A stretch of DNA of 64,000 nt, from contig NW_026515682.1 in the NCBI RefSeq assembly GCF_025526975.1, positions 496,001 to 560,000 of the forward strand, read 5' to 3'. This document shows, in pieces, positions 32,727 to 44,705 of this stretch (position 1 is its first letter; every line of letters begins with the position of its first letter). The notes beneath the pieces are model-generated. The model made no database searches. It was not told the origin of the DNA and saw nothing but the letters and a program-made list of their open reading frames with translations. The translations under genes were made by a program, and so were the position numbers. The DNA is from Fimicolochytrium jonesii (lineage: Eukaryota).

Positions 32727-35700
32727 TCACGCCTGACTCGCGCCCCCAGCCGCCGCGGCGCCAAAGAAGTTTGCGCGATTGGGATCCATCATCCGATGCA
32801 CGCGCACATCATCCCCGTTGAGGCCGGGCACGCTGCCCATGGTCTGCGGGGTGATGAAGATGTACTGGCACGGCTTGTCGGACTCGCGCGCGTTCTCGAT
32901 CATGGCCGTCATTGCGGCGCGGCGGTTGACGGCGTCCTTGAATTCATCCGAAAAAAAAACACAGGGCGGTCAGATAGGATGCATGTAGGAAAGGGGAAAC
33001 ATATCTTGGGAGAGAAAGGGTTTCTTACCATGAACACATCAAACTCGTCCAGCGCTCTGAACGGGCTGCCCATGGATTCCCACAACGCGAGCAGCAGACA
33101 CACGGTCGAGAAACTCTTCTCGCCGCCGGAGAGCGATCGCGGATCCTTTTCCTTGCCCTTGCCTTTGGCCGACCGGCTGCTTTCGTCGCTGTTGACCGTT
33201 ACCTAGAGATAACGGAGGGGGGGGGGGGGCGGGGGGGGGGGGGGGGGGGGGGTGAGGACGTTGCATCTCGAAAAGGGGAGGCCCAACGAAAGAACAGTAC
33301 CGCCAGTTCCAACGCCCCTGCCTGATGATTCAGCTTCAGCCGGCCCCTGTACCCCCTCTTGCCCATCAGCTCCCCAAAGAGGAACTTGGCGCGAATGGAC
33401 ACGTAGCCGCGGTACGCGATCCACTGTGCCATGCGCACGTTGAGCGCCTCGCCAACGGCCTGCCCAAGCTTGCGCCAGTCCTTGATCTCGTTCCTGGCTT
33501 CTTCGTACGCGTGCAGTTTGGCGAGGTACGTGGTTTTCATGACGTTATAGTCGCCGTGGCTGTGGGAAACATGGGAGGGGGGGGGGGGGGGGGGGGGGCG
33601 GAGAAATCTATCAGTTTTCCCAACCCCCAAAAAACAAGCCACAAAAAAAAAGGGCAGAAAAGACAAAACCACCCACGTCTGAGCAATCTGCCTGATCGTC
33701 GCCTCCAACGTCCTTATGTCATGCTCCAACGCCTCCCTCCCACTCCGTGGTTCCACACGCTCGCAATACGCCTCCGCCTTCTCCACCTCGCTCCGCAGCG
33801 CCTCCTCCGCCTCCGCGACGGCCTGTTCCGCGTCGCGTAAGTCACCCTGCGCCTGGACCAGCCCGGCTTCGTAGCGCTCGCGCTGTGCGGTGGTTTGCGC
33901 GAGGGCCAAGGTGGCGGCGTTGATGTGCTCGACCACCTGGTTGATTTCGCGCTCGATGATGCGTTGCTCGTCGTCGAGGTGCTGGATCTGGTGCCGGATC
34001 GGTTGTTCGGAGGCGCGGAGGTCTTGTTGGCGGCGCAGGCATTCGCGCGATTGGTTGGCGGTGGCTTCGATGTTGGCTTCTTCGGCCTGGGAGTCTTTTA
34101 GTTCGCCCATCCTGCGGATGTGAGGCATGCAAGACGGCTCAGTTGGAATCCATACCCTTTTAGCCTCACGCAAGGGCCCGATATTATCCCCTTCATTCTC
34201 ATCCTAAACCATCGCCCGTCAAAATGTCAGCCAGCGTGCTGAGACCCCCCTCCCCAAAACCGCCAGCAAGCCAGCGCGCATACCACCAAATCATCATTCA
34301 TCTGCGCGATATCCTGCACCGTCTGTGTATGGTGCCTTTGTGACTTGGCATGTTCGTTCTGGAGATTCCAGGGGGAAAAGGAAAAGATCCCATCAGGGGT
34401 GTCAAAGATACTCAGCCACCCCCAACCAATGTGATGGCAGTACCCTCAGCGTCTTCTGCTTGTCTTCCACGTGCCGCAGATGTCCTTTGGCTTCGAGCAA
34501 GAGCGGGCCCAGCCGGTCGATCTCGCTCTCCGTGGCTCGGAGTTCCCTTTCCGCTTCTCTGCGGGTACAAAAAAACAAACGTGCATTCATCAGCGAAACG
34601 TACCCAACCGAATATCCCAGAGAGCGAGATGTACGACTCTCTCGGCTAGCGCGGGCGCCCCCCCCCCCCCCAACTCACCGAATAACCGAGGAAATATCCT
34701 GCAGAATCCTCGGGCGGCCCCTGTACTGCATCAACGAGCTCGTGCTCAGCCCCCCGCCTCGGTTCCCGACACTGAAACAGTTCTTTGTCACGACCACATT
34801 CACATTCTGCGGGAACCCACCGCCGGTGATCTGCTCGCCCTCGCGTCTCGTATACACCAACACGCTCTTCTCGACCGCGTGGTTGAGGACCAACTGGCGG
34901 AGGATGATCTCATTGTCGACCTCGATGGCGCGGTAGACGGTCATGAGGTCCTTGTGGGGCTCGCCGCGGGAGATGTCGATGCGCTGGTTGCGGTAGCGGA
35001 GGATGCTGGAGCGGCAGCCGCAGGGGTCGAGGATGTGTTTCTGGAGCGTCAGGACGTCCTCGGGGGTCTCGACCGCGAAGGAGTTGAGGGTGTTTCCGAG
35101 GAGGGTTTCGATCGCGTTGCCGAAATCGGTCTGCCGGAGCTTGACGTGCAGCCCGATCGGGCCGAGGGGTTTGGCGCCTTTCCAGCGCTTCTCGCGCTCG
35201 AACCGCTCGATCTGCTCCATCACCCGCCGCATCTCGCGCCCAAACGCCTCGAGGCGGTCAGAGCTTTGGTTGCTCAGGCTGTGCAGGCGGTCCTGCTGGG
35301 AGCGCTGGGCGGTCTGCAGACGCTGCATGTTGCTGGTTAGATCGTGGACCGCTCGTTTCGCCTGGTCCCATTCCTGGTCTACAGCGGCGCGCTCGCCGTC
35401 GTATCGCCGGAGCGTCGCCTCGATCTCGGCCTTTGCGTCTTCGCGCGCTTTGATGGCTGCAAGCTGGTTGAAGCGGGTCATTTGTCCATCCACCTGCAAT
35501 TTCTGCGTCTCCTCCTCGATGCGTCTATCGATATCGGCAATGTTGCGTCGGTTGAGCGTGACGGCCTCGTTCATCTCCTGTATTTCGTTATCGACTTCCC
35601 TGAGAGCCTTGTGCACTTCTTCCAACTCCGCTCTCAGGTCCGCGCGCTGCCGCACAAGGGGCGCGCTACGTCCTTGTTGTGCAGCGAGTTGAGCTTCCAG

Positions 35701-37023
35701 CGCTTGGACTTGCCCATCCAGCTCCTCGCATTTGGCAACGGAGTTTTGGAGCTTTTGCGTCACTTTGGTCAAGCATCTCTGTTTCTGCACCACGTCGGCC
35801 TTTCGGGCCTCGAGGTTCTGCTCGACTTCTTTGACTTCGGACCAGACCCACATCTCTTTGAGCATCGCCACCTCTTCCTCGATTTTACGCGCGCGTTCGA
35901 GACCTTTTACCACCTGTTCCAACCTTTTGACCTCCTTCTTCATGTCCGGTAGGACCTCGGATCTGCGCCGGATTTGCTGGTCTAAGGTGTGGCGACTCTC
36001 CGTGATGACGGAGTAGTCGGCGCTCAATTGCCGGAGACCGGTGCCGGTAAGGAAGAACTGATACTTTTCCTTGGATGTGCTGTTGGCGAGGAAGCCCCGC
36101 GCGGCGTCCTGTGTGAGGATCGTCATGGGATTGTCGGCATGGATGCCCATGCTGTCCATGATGTTTAGGAGCTCCTCCCGCTTTGTGGATATGACTCTGC
36201 CATTCTTGGCTCTGATCTTGTAGCCGCCGGAGCCCTCCCTGCTGATCTTTCGTTCGACAATGATTCGATCGCCGTACTCGCTCGGCTTGTAGGCGTCGTT
36301 GCCTTCATTTCGGATGGTGACAGTGATGGACCCGACATTGCAGCCTTCTTTCAGGAAATCTTTCACGCTGTTTGCTCGGTTCGTGAGGGTTGCCCGAGCG
36401 CCGAGACAGACGGTCAGGGCGGTTAAGACGGCGCTCTTGCCTGATCCGTTGTGTCCGACGATGAAGTTGATCTTTGGGCCCAAATCGATTTTGAGGAATG
36501 TATGGCACATGAAGTTGGCCACCTCGACTTGGGCGATGGAGCCAGTGGCATCTTCTTGCTTTCGTTTGCCTGCCGACCGGCGCTGAAATATATGTTTCGA
36601 AGAGGCACTTGAGTCGGGGGGCGGGGGCTGGTCGTCAAGATGTTGAACGATGCATGCCGCCAGAACCCTTGCTGTCGCCGGCTGTGCAGTGTCCCAGTTC
36701 GCTCATCACACTCCCCTTTCACGCGAACCCACCTGCAAAGCCACCTCCTCCTCTCCCAAGCCATCGTCTACTCCGTCGTCGTCGTCCTCGTCCTCCTCCT
36801 CTTGAGACTCCTCTTCATTCTCGTCGTCGTCCTCCTCCTCGACCTCCGATCTGCGCTTCTTCCGGATATGCTCGTCCTTCGGACCCTCCGCAGAGTCTCT
36901 CTCCGACCTCTTCCTCCTAGCGGTGGGTGTAGGCGGCTCGTCGAACAAGAAGTTTTGGCTCGTCGCTGGATAGTCTTCGTCGTGGTCGTCGTCGCCGCGG
37001 TCGTCGCGCAAGTGGCCGTTCAT
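32727..37023 (-). CDS. SMC6: Structural maintenance of chromosomes protein 6, multi-exon
   Basis: NFMCH...[23 protein letters not shown]; coiled coil and hinge (PLGPIG); [19 protein letters not shown] and QYIFITPQ. Confidence 0.96.
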
Positions 37024-37036
37024 GGTGGCGGGCGGG

Positions 37037-37068
<32 letters not shown>

Positions 37069-37120
37069 GTGAGAGCAGTAGTAAGAGTGTTTGTCAAAGC
37101 GAAGTCTGAGCGAGGGCGAG

Positions 37121-37412
37121 GGGGAGTGAGAGGGCGGGTGGCGGTGCAAGTCAATAAAGGGAGCGGACGCGAGAGAGAGAGGCAGAGAGAGGGAGACACA
37201 GAAGAGAGAGAGAGAGAGAGCGGGGGAGTGAGAGGGCGGGTGGCGGTGCAAGTCAATAAAGGGAGCGGACGCGAGAGAGAGAGAGGCAGAGAGAGAGAGA
37301 GACAGAAGAGAGAGAGAGAGAGAGAGCGGGGGAGTGAGAGGGCGGGTGGCGGTGCAAGTCAATAAAGGGAGCGGACGCGAGAGAGAGAGAGGCAGAGAGA
37401 GAGAGAGACAGA

Positions 37413-37440
<28 letters not shown>
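37121..37440. repeat. ~103-106-bp tandem repeat x3 containing (GA)n tracts
   Basis: GGGAGTGAGAGGGCGGGTGGCGGTGCAAGTCAATAAAGGGAGCGGACGC(GA)n at about 37122, 37224 and 37330, in the SMC6/oxidase divergent promoter. Confidence 0.9.
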
Positions 37441-37443
<3 letters not shown>

Positions 37444-37561
37444 CCGAACAGACCAGACAGGGATCCCCTCGCATCACGCCCCCCCCCCCCCCCCCCATCT
37501 CGCCAGCTCACTCTCTCTCACACAAACTATTATTATTCACCACATACTGTACTCTATCACA

Positions 37562-39202
37562 ATGCTCACAGAACCACCACTACTAACTACTGCCCCTCCC
37601 CCTCCCTCACTCACTGACCCTATCCTCATCATAGGCGGCGCTGGCACCTTCGGCCTCTCAACAGCCTGGCACCTCGCTCAACGGGGTTACGCAAACATAA
37701 CCTGTCTCGACAGGTTCCCCTTTCCCTCAAAGGACTCGGCCGGATATGACTGCAACAAGATGGCCAGGAGCGAGTATAACCCCGACTCGACAACAAAGCC
37801 CGACCAGGTCATACACAGGCTCTCGCAGGAGGCCTTGAAGGCTTGGCGGGAGAACCACCTCTTGAGGGGGACGTTTCATGAGACGGGGAGGATCTCCATT
37901 GCTTCTTCCACTGAAAATTATGAGGAGTTGCGTGAATATTACACGGAATTACAGGTGGGTCCCGCACCGCAAGCGCAATTCTAGCGAGCGAAGTGAGCAT
38001 TAAATGTGAGCGACAGCGAACGGTCGTTTTGATGACACGTCGCTCCGCTTCGCTCATGCCGTCAACCACCCATCAACCAACGATCAACAAACGATCGCTT
38101 GGCTAACCAATCATCGCTTCCCTTCCTTCCCTGATTTTCTATTGAGTAGGCCGGTCCACGAGCAAAGGACGTTAAATGGTTCGACTCGCCCGCAGAACTC
38201 AAACAGTTTGCGCCGTACCTCACCGGCGAGCTTGCAAACGCAAAAGCCGTCTTCAACCCCGAAGGCGGCTGGGTCTACGCAAAGGAAGCTATGCAGAGAG
38301 TCGGAGAAGAATGTAAACGTTTGGGAGTCAAATTCGTCTCCGGCGGCGCTGGCACCGTCCGTGAGTTCATCTTTGCCTCCTCCCAAATCGACAATGACGA
38401 CGACGACGACAAGACATCACCCCCCAACTCCTCCCGCATCATCGGCGTCCGCTGCCAGGACGGCACAACCCACCCCGCCGCCCACACCATCCTCGCCGCC
38501 GGCGCCTGGTCCCCCACCCTCCTCTCCCTCCAATCCCAACTCATCTCCAAATGTTGGACCCTCGCGCACATCCCCATCACCAACCCCACCGAACGCGCCC
38601 TCCTAAAAGACATCCCGGTGATTCTCGACCTCGAAAAGGGGTTCTTCTTTGAACCGGAAACGGCCACGGGGCTGGTCAAGATATGCAATGAGTTTCCGGG
38701 GTTCACGCGGTGGGTCGACGATATGAGTGTCCCGGACGCGGCCGGGGTGCTCCATAAACAACGGATTTCGGTTCCCCGGGGCCACGGCTCGCATCCAACG
38801 GACGGGATCCCCACCCGCTCCACGCAAGAGATCCACGACCTGCTGCGGCTCCTCAAACCCGAATGGGCCGACCCGGAAACGTATCCGTTGCAGGACGTCA
38901 AAATGTGCTGGTGTACAGATACACCCGACCGCGAGTTCCTGGTTTGCTCCCACCCACACATCTCGTCGTTGACGCTCGCGACCGGGGCCAGCGGCCACGG
39001 GTTCAAGATGCTGCCGACGATTGGGGACTATGTGGCCGATCTGGTGGAGGGGAGGAGGTTGGAGGCGGCGTTGGAGTCGGCCTGGAGGTGGAGGCCGGAT
39101 GCGGGGGAGAGGCCGGGGGATGGGACGAGGCCCGGGGCCGGGGGGGATTTGGGGGATGTGGGTGGCTGGAGGAGGGGCGAAGATGAGAGGGCGAGGGGTT
39201 GA
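37562..39202 (+). CDS. FAD-dependent amine oxidase (fructosyl-amino acid/saccharopine/sarcosine oxidase family), 2 exons
   Basis: ILIIGGAGTFGLSTA, SAGYDCNK, CWCTDTPD, ATGASGHGFKMLP and WRWRP; intron about 37955-38148. Confidence 0.92.
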
Positions 39203-39762
39203 TTGAAGACAAAGTGCACTTTACGTCCCCCCCCCCCCCCCCGATGGATGTTGCATACATGTAGAGTAGGTAAATCATATAGAAAGTCGGCAACAGACGA
39301 GTTTGCGGACTAGCTTCGGCATCCGATAGCATGAATCATTTTCCCTCATTTTTTCCTGTTTCGATTCTTCTGCTTCTCATCCGGTCGATGTCTCATACTG
39401 TATATGTGTGTGTGGGTGTTTCTCCTCCCGCAGCCCAACATTCACACGGGTTTGCTCGGGCTACACTAGGTGTTGCAGCGGTCCCATTCATATGACCATC
39501 GCGTCCATCCTGTCAAATGCGCACATGCGACCGGCCAAGCCACGCCCCTCGAAACTCCGCTCACCCAAGGTGCTTCCCGCCCGCCCACAGGAGAGCAACT
39601 TGCGGTCGTCCCGCCGGGTACTCAACTCTTCTGATCGTCGCATCTCTCGAGCCCGCCCATTTTCCACATTAACCTTCGTCTTTCTTCCTTTCTATCCCAC
39701 TCGCCTTTCTTTTTCTGGATATTACGACCATCGTGCCTTCAGATGGAAAAGACCCAAGAATA

Positions 39763-42579
39763 ATGAAGCAATCATTCAAAAGCAGGGTGACGGAATGGAA
39801 GGCGAACCATACGTATGTCATCCTCAAGAACGAGCCGTTAAACAAACCCTTCACTAAACCCTCGTCCCCAAACCAGGAAAGAAAAAGACAGAACCCGCCC
39901 GTCCACCTCAACAACCATCAAAAAGTCCGCCGACCTCACCCCCGACCCAACAACACCCACAACAGCAAGAAGCCCAACCCCACCCTCAACCTCCCTCCAC
40001 GCCCTCCCGTCGGAACCCCCTCCCCTGCCCCCCTTCCTCCCTCCCCTCCCCGCCCACCTCGCCACCCTCATCCTCTCCCACCTCCCGCCTCCAACCCTCC
40101 TCCTCTGCACCCTCGTCTCGCGCACCTGGCGCCACGCATCCCTCCACCCGCTCCTCTGGCAGCAGCATTGCGTGGATGAGGGGATCGGGATCGGGCCGGG
40201 CAGCGAGTACCTGTTGGAGACATGCGAGGGGGATCTGGGCCGGTGGTGGTGTGCTGTTTACAGGGACGGGGTGGTGAGACGGCGGAACTGGAGGCAAGGG
40301 GTTTATAGGTTCTGGAGCGTGCCGGTGGTGGAGGTGCGGGACAGCATTAACTGGTGCGTGGGGGGTGAGTTGTCTGTCTACAGATGGAGTTGCCTTTTTT
40401 TTTTTTCCCTAAAGCCGTATATATACTTCATTTGTTGGGGTTTACAGTTTCTGGTACGACACCGACAAAATCATCCTCGGCACCCGCCGCCACAAGCTCC
40501 TCCTCATCACCATCCCCACCCCCACGCTCTGGTCCGACCTCGCCTCGCTGCCGACCCCAACCCCGCCACCGCCGCACCTCACCTTCCACTCCGCGCACAC
40601 GGTGCCCATCATGTCGCTCGCCCTCCCGCGGCCCACGCACACCTCACAACACCTCCTCGCGAGCGTCGACGGCGGCGGGACCCTGGTCCTGTGGAACGTG
40701 TTCACGGGGCAGGAGATTGCGCGGCTGGCGGGGGCGCACGAGGGCGGGATCAGCAGCGTGGCGATCGTGGAGGGCGGGCGGGCGGTCGTGACGGCCGGGT
40801 TCGACAGGCTGGTGCGCGTGCACGAGGTGCGGGAGGTGTGTGCGGATCCCGAGGACGGGTCCGAGGAGAGTTTGGAGGCCGACGGGACCGTGCCGTCGCC
40901 GGGGGCGTCGAATGAGGATGTGGACGGTGGCGGTGGGGACGGCGTGGATTCGCAGAGTCGCACGCACTCACTGTCGCGCCGGACGACGCCGGGGCCGCGA
41001 AGACGCCGGAGCGCGGATACCACCACCCCTACCCCCACCACCGAACCCGCGCAGGGTGTAACTCGCAGCGCAACATTACCGCCCCACCCCGGCCGTCGGC
41101 GCCGGTCCACCAGGACATCATCATCCCCATCTACCCCCGACGGCGGGACCTCTGCCCCAGCCACCCGCCACCCCCCCGCCGCGAGCCGAACGCCAAGTTT
41201 CCTCAAACGCCGCTCCACGAAGGACACCACCGCCACCTCCGACAAACCGCCCCCGGCGCCGCAACACACCCACCCCTCCGCAGTCGCCCGCCTGGCGCTC
41301 AAAGTCGTCACCCCGTCGCACCCGCTCGTCCCGCCCGCCCCGCTCAAATACCGCCTCCGCGCCCAATTCGAGAAACTGAAGCACAAAAAACAAAAGGAGG
41401 GTGCCGCCGCGACGGCCGGTGGGGAGGACGGCGGTGGGGGTGGGGGTGGCTCCGGTGGGGCGGAGGCGGGCTTGGGCGAAGGCGACACGAGGAAGTTTGA
41501 GCTCGCGACGGTGGGGACGATGCGCGGGCATACGGGGGATGTGTTTTGCATGGCGGTTGTGGAGGGCGAGGGGAGGGTGGTTACGGGGAGTGTGGATCAG
41601 AGCGTCAAGGTGAGGGGCCAGGGTGATCCAGTAGGGAGGGGGGATGAGTTCGACTGAAGTTTTTTTTTTTTCCCCCGAATAGGTGTGGAACCTCGCGGAC
41701 AGGACGTTGATCCGGAGCATGCGCGGCCACCGCGACTCGGTCACCTGCATCGCCGTGCAGGACGACTACGCCTTCAGCGGGTCGCTGGACATGACCATCC
41801 GGCGTACGTCTCCCCCGCTCCCATTTCATCGCCTCCAACTTCCCTAACATCCGTCTCCCCTCTGTGTAGATTGGGACATCTCAACCGGCGACTGCATCCG
41901 CACCCTCACCGCCCACACCAAATGGGTCAAAGCCCTCGCCGTCAACGACGACTACCTCGTCAGCGGCGGGTGGGATGAGTGCATCATCGGTACGATCCCC
42001 CGGCGTCCCCCCCCCCCCCCCCCCCCCCGATCTATCCTAACCATCCCGATTGTTTCAAACATAGTATGGGACTGGGCAAAAGGCACACACCTCCACACGC
42101 TAACCATCGACCACGGCCCGATCGTGTGTCTGCAGTTTGACGAGAGTAAGGTTGTGGCGGTGTGCAGGGGGGAGGGCGTGCAGCACTGTGTCGCTGTGTT
42201 GGAGTTTGCGGGGTGGGTGCCAGCTGGGGCGACGGGCGCGGGAGGGGATGTGGTGAGGGCGGGTGGGGCGGAGACCACTTCCAAGGATCGACCATCCCCG
42301 CAGCTGGAGGGAGATGCGACGGCCCCGGAAGAGGCGGCAGCGGAAGCGTTACCGATACTCCGCGAACAGACGGAAATCAGCGTGCGAGCGGCGTCCATCC
42401 CACATATCGAGGCCGCGGACGCTATCCCGCGCCGAATCCGCGACGTAGGACGGGATGAAGAAGAAGCTGTGGAAGCTTCCAAAGGCGAGCCACAAGCGTC
42501 AGGGTTGTCGGCGAGCAGCAGCGAAGAATGTTTTGAGGATGCGCGGGAGGATCTGTTGAGCGAGACGGAGGAGGTGTAG
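39763..42579 (+). CDS. F-box/WD40-repeat protein, multi-exon
   Basis: F-box LPAHLATLILSHL...LVSRTWR...LW; several GH...WD repeats (MRGHTGDVFC, MRGHRDSVTC, SGGWDECII). Confidence 0.88.
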
Positions 42580-42886
42580 ATGCGGTCGATGGATCTTTGC
42601 CGGACACCTCTTCTCATGCCGTATATGTATACCCGGGTTGCTGATCTTTGGCATGATTTGCCTCGTATTATTGAACGTATTGTCACTGTATTTACGCATT
42701 TAAGTAGTTTGGTACGTCAACCCTTGATCTCCACTCGTTCCCTGTAGCATCTCTGCAGGCCGCAGAACTCCTGCCCATCATTGTGAAAGAACCTTCTCAA
42801 TTGTGACGATGTGAAATGATGGCCAAAGGTATATTGCAAAATACATAGATGATGTCTATCGTGCTGCTCTCCACTCCACCAAAGTC

Positions 42887-44302
42887 TTACAGCTTCTGGG
42901 TGAGTTCGGGGACGGCCTTGGGAACGTCGATTAGCTATGATTTCTCGTCCGTCAAACCGAGTTGCACGTAGCTCACCTGGAAGAGATCCGCAACGAGTCC
43001 GTAATCCGACACCTGGAAGATGGGTGCGTCGGCATCCTTGTTGATGGCGACGATGCACTTCGAGTCCTTCATCCCTGCCAAGTGCTACACGGACGGTAAC
43101 ATGCGTCAGCTTCTGTGCCCTGGCTCGTTGTTGGAATCTCCGATTTGTAAACTAACCTGGATGGCTCCGGAGATACCGACAGCAATGTAAAGCTCAGGCG
43201 CGATGATTTTTCCGGTTTGTCCGATCTGAAGATCGTTGCTGACGAATCCAGCGTCTACGGCGGCACGGGAGGCACCAACTACAAGGAAAATAAGTGTTCA
43301 GAGCCCGCCGTTCGGCGTAGGAACATGGAAATGGTATCCACGGAAACATACCAGCCGCTCCGAGCTTGTCTCCGAGATCGTAGAGAAGCTTGAAGTTGTC
43401 GCCACTCTTCATACCACGACCTCCTCCAATGACGACCTTGGCTCCCGTGAGTTCAGGCCTGTCCGTCTTCACAATGTCCTCCTTCAACCACTCTGTTGTT
43501 GCTATATATGATGGGATTCATTAGTTCTCCATCGAGCGATACCGGCAATCACCCTCTCCCTTTGTCAACATACACGCAACATCAGCAGATGGGGCGGTCT
43601 CAGTAGATCCAGAGCCTCCAGTCTCAGCGACGGGGAAAGCGGAAAGACGCACTGTGATGAGCTTGATGGGGTCCTTCGACTTTACCGTGGCAACAGCGTT
43701 TCCGGCGTAGATTGGGCGGACAAATGTGTCCTCTCCCTTGACGGCGGTGATATCGGATATTTGGTTGACGTCCAAGATCGCAGCGGCACGCGGAAGCACG
43801 TTCTTTCCGAAAGCGGTGTGTGGAGCCAAGACGTGGGTGAACTTTCCAGCCTTGGCGGCCGCGACGATCAGAGGCGCAAGGTTCTCGGGAAGCGCATTCT
43901 TGTATGCGTCGTGTTTGGCGACCAGGACCTTCTCCACCCCCTTCACGTTCTTCACCGCCTTTGCGACGTTGTCAGGCGCATTGCCTGCAACCAGGGCGGT
44001 CACTGGACCACCGAGCTTGCTGGCAGCCGAGATGGTATTCAACGTAGAGGAGACCAGCGCGTCGTTCTTGTGCTCGACAAGGACCAATGTGCTCGCGTTA
44101 CGAGCAGCCAAGAAGCGTCGCAGCTGTGCCTACAGATATGCACCGGTAGGATAAGTCTCCAGCATTGCGGAAAAAGCAAGCCGATAAAAAGAAAGGCTTT
44201 CGCAGGCCACGATTAGCCACCAACGACACTCTCTTGGGCAAGGCACCTTACCTTTGGCGGCGCACAACGCACGGCGGTGGATAGCAGGCTGCGGGAGTAC
44301 AT
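42887..44302 (-). CDS. ETFA: Electron transfer flavoprotein alpha subunit, mitochondrial
   Basis: [58 protein letters not shown]. Confidence 0.96.
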
Positions 44303-44705
44303 GGTTGCGTGTGTGCGGAGAGAAGGACGACGATGAGCCAGCCCTTGGACGATGAGGATTTCAGCAATGTCTGTCAATCCCAAAAGGCGCCCAACGCACG
44401 CATGGGCAGAAGCGCCGGCCGGAACTTCCCGGAAGCGAGCGCACGCACAACTGGAGAACACACTCGGGCCCAACTTTCGGAATCGGACGGGGGGTGGTGG
44501 CTGTGCACGCAATAACTTGTCATCCCGCCCTCCACACGCGCCTGGGAACTTTTTGGCGTGGGAAACGGTCGTTGGCTTTTCTCCCATTGCAAGTCCGCAT
44601 TGCAGGCCCACGACGACGACAAAAGCGAGGACTGATATCTGGGGTTTTCAGAGGTTGCCATTGGTGGAGGCACCCATGATTGTCGGCTGGTTGAGTTAGC
44701 ATTCA

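Noticed and set aside
34471..36586. Long plus-strand ORFs opposite SMC6 (similar shadows occur over PRO1, ETFA and the WD40 gene)
   Set aside because: Antisense shadow ORFs expected from GC-rich codon usage.
36640..37560. Long ORFs with RERERE or SLSLSL tracts
   Set aside because: They are translations of the GA-rich tandem repeat, whose copy number may itself be an assembly artefact.
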